Source: Eledone cirrhosa
Lineage: Eukaryota
DNA: 64,000 nucleotides
Reading direction: 5' to 3'
Assembly: GCA_964016885.1 (NCBI GenBank)
Contig: CAXHJY010000157.1
Location: 86,629-150,628, forward strand
Position 1 is the first letter of the stretch; each line of letters opens with the position of its first letter. Made by a program: the position numbers and the translations under genes. Under the pieces are notes generated by a model. The model made no database searches. It saw nothing but the letters and a program-made list of their open reading frames with translations, and was not told the DNA's origin. Positions 12,861-24,894 of the stretch are shown here, in pieces.

Positions 12861-14795
12861 AACCTGCTGGGAGCTAGGTATGTTTAAAGGTTAAACAAGG
12901 TTCAATGAATAAATCAATGAATAAAGTTTTACAATAGATTAGAAGCAATCCACAGAAATGGTTTTCCGGAGTTATTAATATTAGTTCAAAATATTAAGAA
13001 ATATAGACATTCGTGTGATCAAGTATATTTTATTGTATAACCCTAACGATAACTCTAACCCTAACACTAACACTAACCCTAAACTGCTGAGAGCTAGATA
13101 TATTTAAAGGTTAAACAAAGTTCAATGAATAAATCAATGAATAAAGTTTTACAATAGATTAGAAGCAATCCACAGTTATGGTTTTCCGGAGTTATAAATA
13201 TTAGTTCAAAATATTAACAAATATAGACATTCGTGTGATCAAGTATATTTTATTATATAACACTAACACCAACACTAACCCTAACCCTAAGCCTAACCCT
13301 AACCCTACACTAACCCTAACCCTAACCCTAATCCTAACCCGAAACCTAAAACCAACCCTAGCCCTAACTCTAACCCTAACCCTAACCCTAACCCTAATCC
13401 TAACCTGCTAGGAGCTAGATATATTTAAAGGTTATACAAGGTTCAATGAATAAATCAATGAATAAAGTTTTACAATAGATTAGAAGCAATCCACAGATAT
13501 GGTTTTGCGGAGTTATTAATATTAGTTCAAAATATTAACAAATATAGACATTCGTGTGATCAAGTATATTTTATTATATAAAACTAACACAAACCCTAAC
13601 CCGAACCCTAACACTAACACCAACACTAACCCTAACCCTAACCCTAAACCTAACCCTAACCATAAACCTAACCCTAACCCTAACCCTAACCCTATCCCTA
13701 ACCCTAACTCTAAGCCTAAGCCTAAACCTAACCATAACCATAACCATAACCCTAACCCTAACCCAAACCCTAACCTGCTGGAAGCTAGATATATTTAAAG
13801 GTTAAACAAGGTTCAATGAATAAATCAATGAATACAGTTTTACGATAGATTAGAAGCAATCCACAGATATGGTTTTCAGGAGTTATTAATATTAGTTCCA
13901 AATATTAACAAATATAGACATTCGTGTGATCAATTATATTTTATTATATAACCCTAACCCTAACCCTGACCCTAACCCTAACCCTAACTCTAACCCTAAA
14001 CCTAACCCTAACCTAACCTAACCCGCTGGGCGCTAGATATATTTAAAGGTTATACAAGGTTCAATGAATAAATCAATGAATAAAGTTTTACAATAGATTA
14101 GAAGCAATCCACAGTTATGGTTTTCCGGTGTTATTAATATTAGTTCCAAATATTAACAAATATAGACATTCGTGTTATCAAGTATATTTTATTATATAAC
14201 CCTAACCCTAACCCTAACCCTATCCCTAACCCTAACCTGCTGGGAGCTAGATATATTTAAAGGTTAAACAAGGTTCAATGAATAAATCAATGAATAAAGT
14301 TTTACAATAGATTAGAAGCAATCCACGGTGAATGGTTTTCCTGAGTTATTAATATTAGTTCAAAATATTAACAAATATAGACATTCGTGTTATCAAGTAT
14401 ATTTTATTATATAACCCTAACCCTAAACCTAACCATAACCATAACCCTAACCCTAACCCTAACCCTAACCTGCTGGGAGCTAGATATATTTAAAGTTTAT
14501 ACAAGGTTCAATGAATAAATCAATGAATAAAGTTTTACAATAGATTAGAAGCAATCCACAGTAAATGGTTTCCGGAGTTATTAATATTAGTTCAAAATAT
14601 TAATAAATATAGACATTCGTGTTATCAAGTATATTTTATTATATAACCCTAACCCTAACCCAACCCAACCGCAAACCTAACCCTAACCCCAAACCTAACC
14701 CTAAACTTAACCCAAACCCTAAACCCTAACCCTAAACCTTAACCCCAACCCAACCCTAACCCTAACCCTAACCTTAACGCTAACCCTAACCCTAA
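12861..14795. repeat. Array of seven ~177-bp pLTR units alternating with (TAACCC)n telomeric-type tracts
   Basis: Units start at about 12861, 13083, 13403, 13774, 14022, 14235 and 14469; tracts of roughly 40-190 bp follow each; the unit is the reverse complement of 16739-16899 plus tctagctcccagcaggtt. Confidence 0.95.
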
Positions 14796-14924
14796 TAATC
14801 TGTATTTATTTAAGATATGATTAATGTTGGATTAAGGGTTCTACATAAACATATAAACTGTTAACATGATCTTTTGATGATTATGTATATCATTTGATTG
14901 TTTAAATACATTTAATTTTTCGGG

Positions 14925-15965
14925 GTTTATTGTATTTTTAAATTATATAGCTTATATGTTTGACTATTATATGGAATCGTAAACCATTCATTTATTTATT
15001 TTGAATATGTTGTTTTAAGATTCAAGATGTTTGATTTATATATTTATGGTATATGTGTCGTACACGATCCTAGTCGACTAATTTTTCCACTTAACTTGAT
15101 GTAAAACTTTATTTATAACACTATTAACAGTAATTGTATTTATTATATGTATATAATTGACTAATATCGTCTTAAACTTTAAACAGTATACTCTGTATGT
15201 ATTTAGACAAATGTGTATATCTAGTTTAATAATATCCGTTTTAAGTACATTTATATGGCCTTTGGATACTTAGGGCATTCTAGTTTTATAATTGTTAATT
15301 ATTTTCTAAATTATATAATGATTATTTTTTAATAATCTTTTTATATAATTAAATTTGGATTACCTTTGGGTTGATGAAAATCTTAAGTCTTTTCTTTTTC
15401 ATGTTTGCAAACACATTAGATATGATATTATACTATAATAGAAATCCTTTAAAATTGTCTTGTATTTTTTTAATTATATAGCTTATATATTTGACACGTA
15501 TAGGATCGCAAACCATTCATTTATTTATTTTGAATCTGTGTTTTATGATTCATGAAGTTTGATTTGTATATTTATAGTATATATGTATTACATGATCCTA
15601 GTTGAATAATTTTTTTTTAATATAATACTTGACGTAAAACTTTATTTTTAACACTATTAACAGTAATTATATATATTATATATAACTGACTAATATCGTC
15701 TTAAACTTTAAACAATGTACTCTTTGTATAAACTTAGACAAATGAGTATATCTAGTTTAATAATATCCTTTTTAAGTACACTTATATGGCCTTTGGATAC
15801 TTAAGGGCATTCTAATTTTAATTTTAAATTTATAATTGTAATTATTTTCTAAATTATATAATGATTATTTTTTAATATAAAACTTCTTTAATATAAAAAA
15901 ATGTTTTTGTTATAATTTAATTTGGATTACCTTCGGGATGAAGAAAATCTTAAGTATACTATAAT
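14925..15965 (+). repeat. Diverged ~530-bp tandem duplication in the putative PLE 3' UTR
   Basis: 14930-15450 repeated at 15460-15965 (aaccattcatttatttattttgaat; ggcctttggatactta; tttggattacctt). Confidence 0.8.
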
Positions 15966-16692
15966 ATAAATACTTATACATTTTATAGTCAGAAATCTTA
16001 TGTCTTTAGATTAATTCACTATTTCTAACTAACATAAAGATTCGAAATTTAACGGTCATCCGGATGCGCTGGGATATATATATAATTGATTAATTGGCTA
16101 TTTCTTATTAACTTAAGGATTCGAAAATAAACCGTCATATAACTACACCCAGATATATATTTGATATTTGATTAATTGATTATTTCTAGATAATTTAACG
16201 ATTCGAAATTAATCATTCACAAAGCTATGCCCGAATATATATTTATATATATATATATTTGCATCATCTAATTATGCACTATTTATGAACGACAATACAA
16301 ATCTCCCTCCCTATGTGTTATACTATAAAAATTTATTTTTTCCTCCTTTCTCTATCCTTAATCAATTTTCTTTTGCTTTCGTGCATAAGCTAATTCTATA
16401 CTTCTAGTCATTCTCTTTTTTCCTCTTCTGTTTCTCTCTCTGTCTTTCACTTCTTCTGTCTTCAATAATTTAAATTATTTAAATCTCTAACAGTTATGTA
16501 GGTTTACATTATATTAGTAGTTGTTTATTATTATGTATCTTTATAAGCTTTCTCACACGCACCCTCTGTATTATATGTAATTTTCTCATGTCTCAAACTT
16601 AAGGTACATAAATATTGAGTGTTGTCCTATCTTATTCACTGCCATGACTTAATGTTAACCATCTACTTAGTCAAGGTATGTCATGCATCATC

Positions 16693-16751
16693 TTTTTTAT
16701 CTGATGAAGACGTACTGTTGAAGATAGCTCTGAAATATGTATAATAAAATA
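16693..16751 (+). ncRNA. Type I hammerhead ribozyme in pLTR (stem II has a small deletion relative to the 10804 copy)
   Basis: ttttttat-CTGATGA-agacgtactgttgaagatagctct-GAAA-tatgta-TA-ataaaata. Confidence 0.75.
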
Positions 16752-16956
16752 TACTTGATCACACGAATGTCTATATTTGTTAATATTTTGAATTAATATT
16801 AATAACTCCGGAAAACCATAACTTTGGAGTGCTTCTAATCTCTTGTAAAACTTTATTCATTGATTTATTCATTGAACCTTGTTTAACCTTTAAATATATA
16901 TATATATATTTATCTAAATAAAGGATTATGAGTTCATGCAATTGACTTATGTTTCG

Positions 16957-16997
<41 letters not shown>

Positions 16998-17088
16998 AAT
17001 GTAAGCTATCGCCGTATTTTGACTAAAGAAATTATTTAGCCTGATAGTGGGGTTAAGAACCCTCGTAGAAATGGAAAAAGATGAGTAT

Positions 17089-17161
17089 TGACGTACAAGG
17101 GAGTCGACCCCACATCTTTGGTTATCCGGACCACTGTGCTACCATTTACACCAACACATCA
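17089..17161 (-). other. tRNA-like sequence (pseudo-tRNA or SINE head) inside an inverted repeat
   Basis: tgatgtg..tggtgtaaatggtagcac..tggt ccggata acca..gtggggtcgactccc..tacgtca; acceptor, D, anticodon and T arms are imperfect. Confidence 0.5.
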
Positions 17162-17310
17162 CCTGTCTTTTTCCATTCCTAAATAATTTCTTTAATTTCT
17201 TTAGTCAAAATACGGCGAAAGCTTACATTTCTAATAATTTCAAACCCACTCGCTGTTTCGAAAATATTCTTACTTGATATATATATATGTATATATAAAA
17301 GAGCGAGAGA

Positions 17311-17384
<74 letters not shown>

Positions 17385-18799
17385 TACCTCTATACATACA
17401 TACTCAGGTATGTATATGGAATACATGGGCCCACATATATGGACACCATAATAGATGAGTGTAACCACATACATATTTCTATTTATTCAACACTCAACTA
17501 TATATATGACGTCTTACTTTTATGTTTTCTCTCAATGGAAATTCGCCATTCAACTCTGTATATACGGCGTCAAAGAAATCGTAATAATTTCTGTAGCCAA
17601 TATTTCCACTCCAATTGATTATCTAGAATTATATAATTGAAAAGTTGGCACCTTGTTTTTACTATGTTGTTATTTCTTAAACATTGCAATTTTCGACTCC
17701 TCCAAAATGTGTTCTCTTTCTTTTAATGTCTGTCTCTTTATTTTCTCCCTCTTCTTATTTCCCATTTGCTGAAACCTTAATAAATATGAATTCCAATGGT
17801 TTCTCAGAGACATTCCGTAATGTTATAATTATATAATTGAGTAATTGACTGTGGCATCACATCTGTAAATTTTCTCGTCAATGTATGCTGAGTATATTTT
17901 GTTAGTTAAACTATCACTCATTCAGGTTTGATAGAGCAATTCTCTCTGTATATATACATATACATATATATATATATATATATATTCATATATATATATA
18001 TATATTCATATATATATATATATATTATATATATACATATATATAGATATATTCATATATATATATTCATATATATATATATTCACTCACTCGTCTCTCT
18101 CTCTCTCTCTCCCTCTCTTTCCCTCTCTCTCTCTCTCTCTCTCTCTCTATTTATGATGATCTACTCAAATAATATATATACAGAAAGAGAGAGAGAGGGC
18201 GCGAGAGAGAGAGAGGGAGAGAGATCCACTGTAAATTATTCTTAGTCCAATATCAAACGGGTGACAAGATAAAAGCCAAATCAGACGATAGTTTCGACAA
18301 TCAAAAAATTAATGAAGTTTGACAACTTGTTCTGATTAATATCTGAAAAGATCTCAACCAAAATACATAATTACCCCTCATATGAAGATGATGCTAGATT
18401 CTCTCAATGTTATTCGTTTTTGCATTGAAAAAGATTAGAATTTACTTCAATTGAAACTTTCTTTTATTGTACAAACGAAGAATGTTGACAGAAAAATTGG
18501 TTTATAATTCGTCTGTAATGATTTGATAGCAAATATAAAGTGTTTTATTTCGTAAACTTTACTTCAGAGAATTTTTAGGCCAATGTTTAAACATAAGCCT
18601 TCTCTCTTAGTTAAATATGAACGTAATTATGCAAAAAAAAATAACATATTCAAAAATATTAGAAGCGAATGTAAATCAATTAACACAGAGCTTCCGTCGT
18701 TAAGAAATATTTTGTAGTCATATTTCCTAAAATGAAGGAAAACACATCAAACCCATAAACCGGTCCTCAGTTTAAAGAAGCCAGAAAAGAAATCTGTAA

Positions 18800-18841
<42 letters not shown>

Positions 18842-18883
18842 ATATATATATATATGTATACATATATATTTAATATAGAAATG

Positions 18884-18928
18884 GTCTACGGGACTAGAAC
18901 TGTTTCATTCGGGAGAAATCATCAGGGC
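18884..18928 (-). ncRNA. Type I hammerhead motif (paralog of 7588 and 25919), partly decayed
   Basis: gcc-CTGATGA-tttctcccgaat-GAAA-cagttctagtcccg-TA-gac. Confidence 0.55.
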
Positions 18929-18947
18929 TTGCTGATATATATATATA

Positions 18948-19013
<66 letters not shown>

Positions 19014-19019
19014 CATATA

Positions 19020-19687
19020 AAAAATAAAAAAGGAAATTTCGCTCTACATGGCTGAATACAATAAATGCAATCTGAGTTTTTCGAATATTAATAATAACAT
19101 TCGATTCAGTACAGCTCACTGTTCACCTGCCAAACTGTCAGGGCTATAAAATTGACATACTACTGACATGGCTATAAAATTGAGGCTTGTTTGCATAATT
19201 GCAAACGAATCGAATGTTATTATTAATGTTCGAACATCTCAGATTACATTTATTGTATTCAGCCATGTACAGCGAAATTTTCTTTTTTATTAGAATTTGG
19301 CAAAGCCGCCCATTTATCGCTTGTATACAAGAAACTGACTGGCCAGTCTGCTGATATGCAAATCTGGCTGATCAGTCGATCTGCTAATATACAAATCTAA
19401 CTGATCAGCGAGTCTGCTAATATGCAAATCAGGCCGATCAGTCACTGTGTATTTTTGAAAATAGCATATATTTTCACTAGCTCTGGCAGTTTGACAGGTG
19501 AACAGTGAGATGAGCTATACTGATGAAGGGTGATACCCAGAAACATTGGTGTCTGCAGTTCTTTTCGAATGCCAACATAAGACCAAGAATGAAGTGTTCA
19601 TTCTACTGACATGGCTATAAAATTGAGGTTTGTTTGCATAATTGCAAACGAATCGAATGTTATTATTAATGTTCGAAAAACTCAGAT

Positions 19688-19690
<3 letters not shown>
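19020..19690. mobile_element. PLE pLTR structure with inverted and tandem partial copies
   Basis: 19025-19108 inverted versus 19207-19290; 19160-19250 repeated at 19603-19691; hammerhead at 19513. Confidence 0.7.
19513..19560 (+). ncRNA. Type I hammerhead ribozyme (GUC site)
   Basis: agctata-CTGATGA-a gggt gat accc a-GAAA-ca ttgg tg-TC-tgcagtt. Confidence 0.7.
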
Positions 19691-19754
<64 letters not shown>

Positions 19755-19755
<1 letters not shown>

Positions 19756-20512
19756 CCCCCGCAACCTCCGCGACCTCCTGGTTCGCAGGTCCTTCTCGCC
19801 CTCTCCCACGACTCCACCCGGCTCTCATCCTTGTTCCCGTTCCCGCTGCAACACTTGTCCCATCATTTCCACCCTCACCACTATTACAGACCCTAACGGG
19901 TCTTTCCGTATCCGCCACCCTTTCACCTGCACATCCACCCAAGTTGTCTATGCCCTCCGGTGTTTCCTTTGCGGGTCTTTATACATCGGGAAAATGGGAC
20001 GCCGTATGGCGGGCCGTTTTCCTGAGCATTTGAGGGACATACGACTCGGTTTGGATACTCCTGTCACCCGTCATTTCTGTTCTCCTGGTCATTCTTCCTT
20101 ACATGTTTCAGTCCTGGGTGTCCTTTTACATCATGGATCACAGGCTTCGCGCACCAGGACTGAACAATGTCTGATTCACCGCCTTGGGTCATACGCTTGG
20201 ACTCAACTCGCCTCCCCAATTTCTCTAATACCCCGTCCATTATCATATGCGCTTGTACATTCACCCCTAGATTCCTATCGCTCTCTCTCTTGATCATTAA
20301 CATCTTCTCTTACAACTAATACACACCAACTATATATGTTCACTCCACTTTTCCCTTCACTGCTCTGTATACACACATACACACCCTAATATTAAGATAC
20401 TTTTGCTCATAGCTTCGTACATACATGCACACACACACACTATTTTACTCACATATACACAAACATTTCTTCTTAGCCCTTGTACGGACGTATAATAACA
20501 CACACACACACT

Positions 20513-20569
<57 letters not shown>

Positions 20570-20910
20570 TTACGCTCGTGCACAAGTATAGCTCTTTTTA
20601 CAAAACAGTTTTTTTTTCCATTTCAGGTAGACGCGCTTCATCATCCACCTTTCTAAAACATAAATCATACACAAAACGCCAGTACCAACAGTTTTGCAAG
20701 AGATGAATGGACCTCTCATTCTATTCTAAAGACATTTTTTTCAATTCCAACCCACCTGTCCCCTCAATCTATCTTGTTTCTCATTCTTTCTTCTGATACA
20801 GGACTAGCGTCCGAAACGTTAAGACCCTGTTCCTGCTATATCAAGCGTTAACCTAATATATCCCTTCCATATATTGTACTGAGATTGTGTTGTCATTTCT
20901 GTTTACCTTT
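19755..20910 (+). mobile_element. 5'-truncated Neptune-type PLE: GIY-YIG endonuclease fragment plus 3' UTR
   Basis: Translates PRNLRDLLVR..PCSRSRCNTCP..FTCTSTQVVYALRCFLCGSLYIG..R..EH..PVTRHF; 3' end homologous to 38708-38897. Confidence 0.85.
20789..20824 (+). ncRNA. Minimal hammerhead with mutated core
   Basis: tctt-CTGATACA-ggac tagc gtcc-GAAA-cg-TT-aaga; the paralog at 38771 retains CTGATGA. Confidence 0.55.
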
Positions 20911-20987
<77 letters not shown>

Positions 20988-21048
20988 ATATATATGTATG
21001 TATATATATATGTATGTATATATATATGTATGTATATATATATGTATG

Positions 21049-21237
<189 letters not shown>

Positions 21238-21244
21238 ATATATA

Positions 21245-21346
<102 letters not shown>

Positions 21347-21539
21347 CATATATACTATGGAAAACGAAGAATCAGTGATGCATCGGAACACAATTTATTA
21401 CGTATTACAATTGTTTCTCTGGCGAACAGCTCGAGGTGCGATCTGTTTGTGAATCGAACCTGACTCTGGATTCGCAAGTTCCTCAGATACGTCTGGTGAT
21501 TTCGAAGCATAATTCTCTTTCTAGAGTGATCAACTGGCA

Positions 21540-21613
21540 TACCGCCTATGGACGCATCCTAGCAACCATACTGCATTGTCCCACCCTTGCAAGCAGGGTA
21601 AAGCGGACGCAAA

Positions 21614-21648
<35 letters not shown>
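21540..21648 (+). mobile_element. Retroposon 3' end with (GAT)n tail
   Basis: cccacccttgcaagcagggtaaagcggacg followed by (TGA)n, typical of a LINE/SINE 3' terminus. Confidence 0.4.
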
Positions 21649-21879
21649 ATATAAACAAATAAATACGTCACCAAGTTCAACACTTAATACATTATTTATT
21701 TCATCTATACGTGTTTCATTCCTTTTGGATATTATTTACAATATCCTTATAAAGAAATCGTCAGTATCCCAACCGGATTTACCTCTGAAATATTTCTCGT
21801 TATTCAGGATATAATATAAACTATATTCGAGCTATAAATAAATATCTGAACACTTTACTGTTGTTTTATCAACTTATAA

Positions 21880-21927
<48 letters not shown>

Positions 21928-22009
21928 CTCGCTCTCGCTCTCTCTCTCTCTCTTTCTCTTTCTCTTTCTCTCTCTCTCCTTCTATCTATCTATCTCTTTC
22001 CTTATATAT

Positions 22010-22041
<32 letters not shown>

Positions 22042-22594
22042 ATATGTAGAAATAAACACAGTAAATTGTGTGTCTAAAATTACGAGGGTAGAAATACCAC
22101 ATTGGTTTGAAAGATTTAACCTGAAGCATACGTAAGATGTATAATAAATATATACAGACCGTATCAATAACTATTTCATCTCCCGGACTGATTAGAGATT
22201 TAATCTGATTCGCCCTGAAAATTGTGTTTGTAACAGATAACCCGTAGGCTTTCCTCGGCGAGAGATAAGATCAAATGGAACAAACACATGTAACTACAAT
22301 CCACACGAATGAATATTTCATCTCGTGCGTTGGACGTTAGAAGTGGTATGAGTGGATATGCTAGAAATTATAGCCTTTGTACACCCAACTTATAAGCTAA
22401 GCTAGTTAGGGCGCCAAAATTTACTGTGTTTATTTCTACATATATTATTATATAATGCTCAGTATTTATACTTTGAGCTTGTTAATTGCAGGGTATCTAT
22501 ATATATATATATAGTAATAAATTTGAAGACTAAAATCCAAAGAGGGCTCGATAAGAATAAATATATATCAAATATATAAGAACCGTAGAGCAAA

Positions 22595-24075
22595 TATTTA
22601 TTAAAATAACAGATTAAAGTTTAAGCAAAGAATCACTGCTTTCACCCTTAACGGGATCTTCTGAAACTAACAAAGTCAATCTGTAAACGCAGAAGTGGAT
22701 ATTTCAAAAAACGTTGCAACCGGAGGAAGACAGGAACACGATACTTTGGTTCGTGGAAACGTTCCCTGGCAAAGAACGGGGAAAAACGAATATAATACGT
22801 CATTAATAGGAGCTGTGAAAAACAATTTCGCGCAAAGACAGAACCACGTTTATGGTATAAAAGAGGTCGTAGACTAATGTTCTCTTAGGTGGTTCATAGA
22901 GACGTTCTCTGGTAATGAACGAAAAAAACGAAGATAATACGTCATATGTAGAGCGTGGGGAACAATTGCACGCAAAGACAAAACCACGTAAATGGTATAG
23001 CAGAAGTCGTAGACTAAAATTCTAACTAGGAGACCGAATGAATCTCCGCTTCAGAGTTAAGAATAAAGTAAATAAATACAATACAGAGGTGATAGAAATT
23101 AAATAAATACATACACGCATACAAATACGTACATACACAAGCATACGCGAAAACACTTACCATAGGTATACAAAACCACGCACATATAAATATGTGTGTG
23201 TGTGTGCGTGTATACAAATAAATAAATAATTAAATAAACGTATATAAATAAATAAATACTTATATAACAAGCGCACACACACACCTACATGTAAATACAC
23301 AAATGTTCGGAGACGAAAGTCAACCAAAACATGAAGTACACATATACACACACCCTACATACGTACGAACCTGGATACTCACACAGACGCAAAACTTCCG
23401 TATACACATAACCAAACCATATGTACCAGAATATATAAAATTATACGCCATAACATATACAATCAAATATACGTACGAGAAGGTATACGTACCTTCACAA
23501 AACATACAGGTAATATATATTTACCTATGCAAATAAGTAAAGGTATAAACAAAACATATACTTAGCTACCACATCAAGACGTAAAATATCCACGTATAGA
23601 TTGTACTATCCGTTATGGTATAACGTGGGGCTGTAATACAGGAAAGTTTTGTGCAATTTATGTTTACAAGCCGAAATTGCCTCAGATTTTTTGTTTAAGA
23701 TGTAGTCTGTGGCGTAGAGTATTTCCAGGGCTTCAGCGGCGCAGAGGTCACTTTTCGTTCATTGCCAGAGAACGTCTCTATGAACCACCTAAGAGAACAT
23801 TAGTCTACGACCTCTTTTATACCATAAACGTGGTTCTGTCTTTGCGCGAAATTGTTTTTCACATTTCACCGCTCCTATTAATGACGTATTATATTCGTTT
23901 TTTCCCGTTCTTTGCCAGGGAACGTTTCCACGAACCAAAGTATCGTCTTCCTGTCTTCCTCCGGTTGCAACGTTTTTTGAAATATCCACTTCTGCGTTTA
24001 CAGATTGACTTTGTTAGTTTCAGAAGGGTGAAATCAGCGATTCTTTGCTTAAACTTTAATCTGTTATTTTAATAA
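22595..24075. mobile_element. Element with ~320-bp inverted arms (fold-back or PLE-type inversion, family unknown)
   Basis: 22595-22925 is the reverse complement of 23750-24075; the terminus recurs at 48987-49045; ends at TA tracts. Confidence 0.7.
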
Positions 24076-24085
24076 ATATATATAT

Positions 24086-24780
24086 ATATCATAAATCATG
24101 TCTATAGAATCAATCAGATATTAAAATATATACTATTTCTTCTTCCAATCAGCATAATTAACCATATACAAAATCAAATCTAGCAAGCTTTAAGAATAAA
24201 TTTTCTTACGGGGAAATCTCTGACAAACAATTGATCGCAGCCTCTTCGCGGCAGCCCCGTTCCATTATTTATCAAACATTTCGGCAGCATGCAGAATCCG
24301 ATCAAATATACTATCAATCACACATAATTATTAGTAAAATTAACCTTAGAAGAAATGCGCACATACCGTAATTAATTGAGATATAATTACGGTAGGTGCG
24401 CATTTCTTCTAAGGTTAATTTTACTACTAATTATGTGTGATTGATAGTATATTTGATCGGATTCTGCATGCTGCCGAAATGTTTGATAAATAATGGAACG
24501 GGGCTGCCGCGAAGAGGCTGCGATCAATTGTTTGTCAGAGATTTCCCCGTAAGAAAATTTATTCTTAAAGCTTGCTAGATTTGATTTTGTATATGGTTAA
24601 TTATGCTGATTGGAAGAAGAAATAGTATATATTTTAATATCTGATTGATTCTATAGACATGATTTATGATATAATGCTCTGATTTTTTTATTTTTTTTTA
24701 TTTTAATTTATTAATTCTTCATTGAGCTTAAAAGTGAACAGTTGCAACAGTTGCAACAGTTGCAACAGTTGCAACATATT
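24086..24780. repeat. Near-perfect ~290-bp-arm palindrome plus one-sided tail ending in (AACAGTTGC)x4
   Basis: 24086-24373 versus 24383-24672, centred on ttaattgagatataa. Confidence 0.85.
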
Positions 24781-24894
24781 AAATCTTTAATTTAATTCTA
24801 TGTATATGATAACCTCTATATATATATATATATTATAATAATAATAATAATAAAATGTGGAGTGGAGGCACACGAGTTAGGATATATATATATA

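Larger units (their letters stand above)
10755..16900. mobile_element. Composite Naiad-type PLE: minus-strand copy, pLTR/telomeric array, then inverted plus-strand 3' copy
   Basis: 10755-11245 is the reverse complement of about 16320-16800; decayed RT ORF 11270-12810; array 12861-14795; both outer ends in (TA)n. Confidence 0.85.

Noticed and set aside
13556-13798. NPNPNP-rich ORF
   Set aside because: Translation of (TAACCC)n
12861-14795. CRISPR-like repeat-spacer array next to an RT
   Set aside because: Repeats are ~177 bp and spacers are telomeric hexamers; no cas genes; eukaryotic context
12861-14795. A true chromosome end or telomere-telomere fusion
   Set aside because: Tracts are short, interstitial and all of one polarity; there is no head-to-head TTAGGG/CCCTAA junction within the array
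17089-17161. Functional tRNA gene
   Set aside because: Mismatched T arm, non-canonical anticodon loop, and no long variable arm for a GGA (Ser) anticodon
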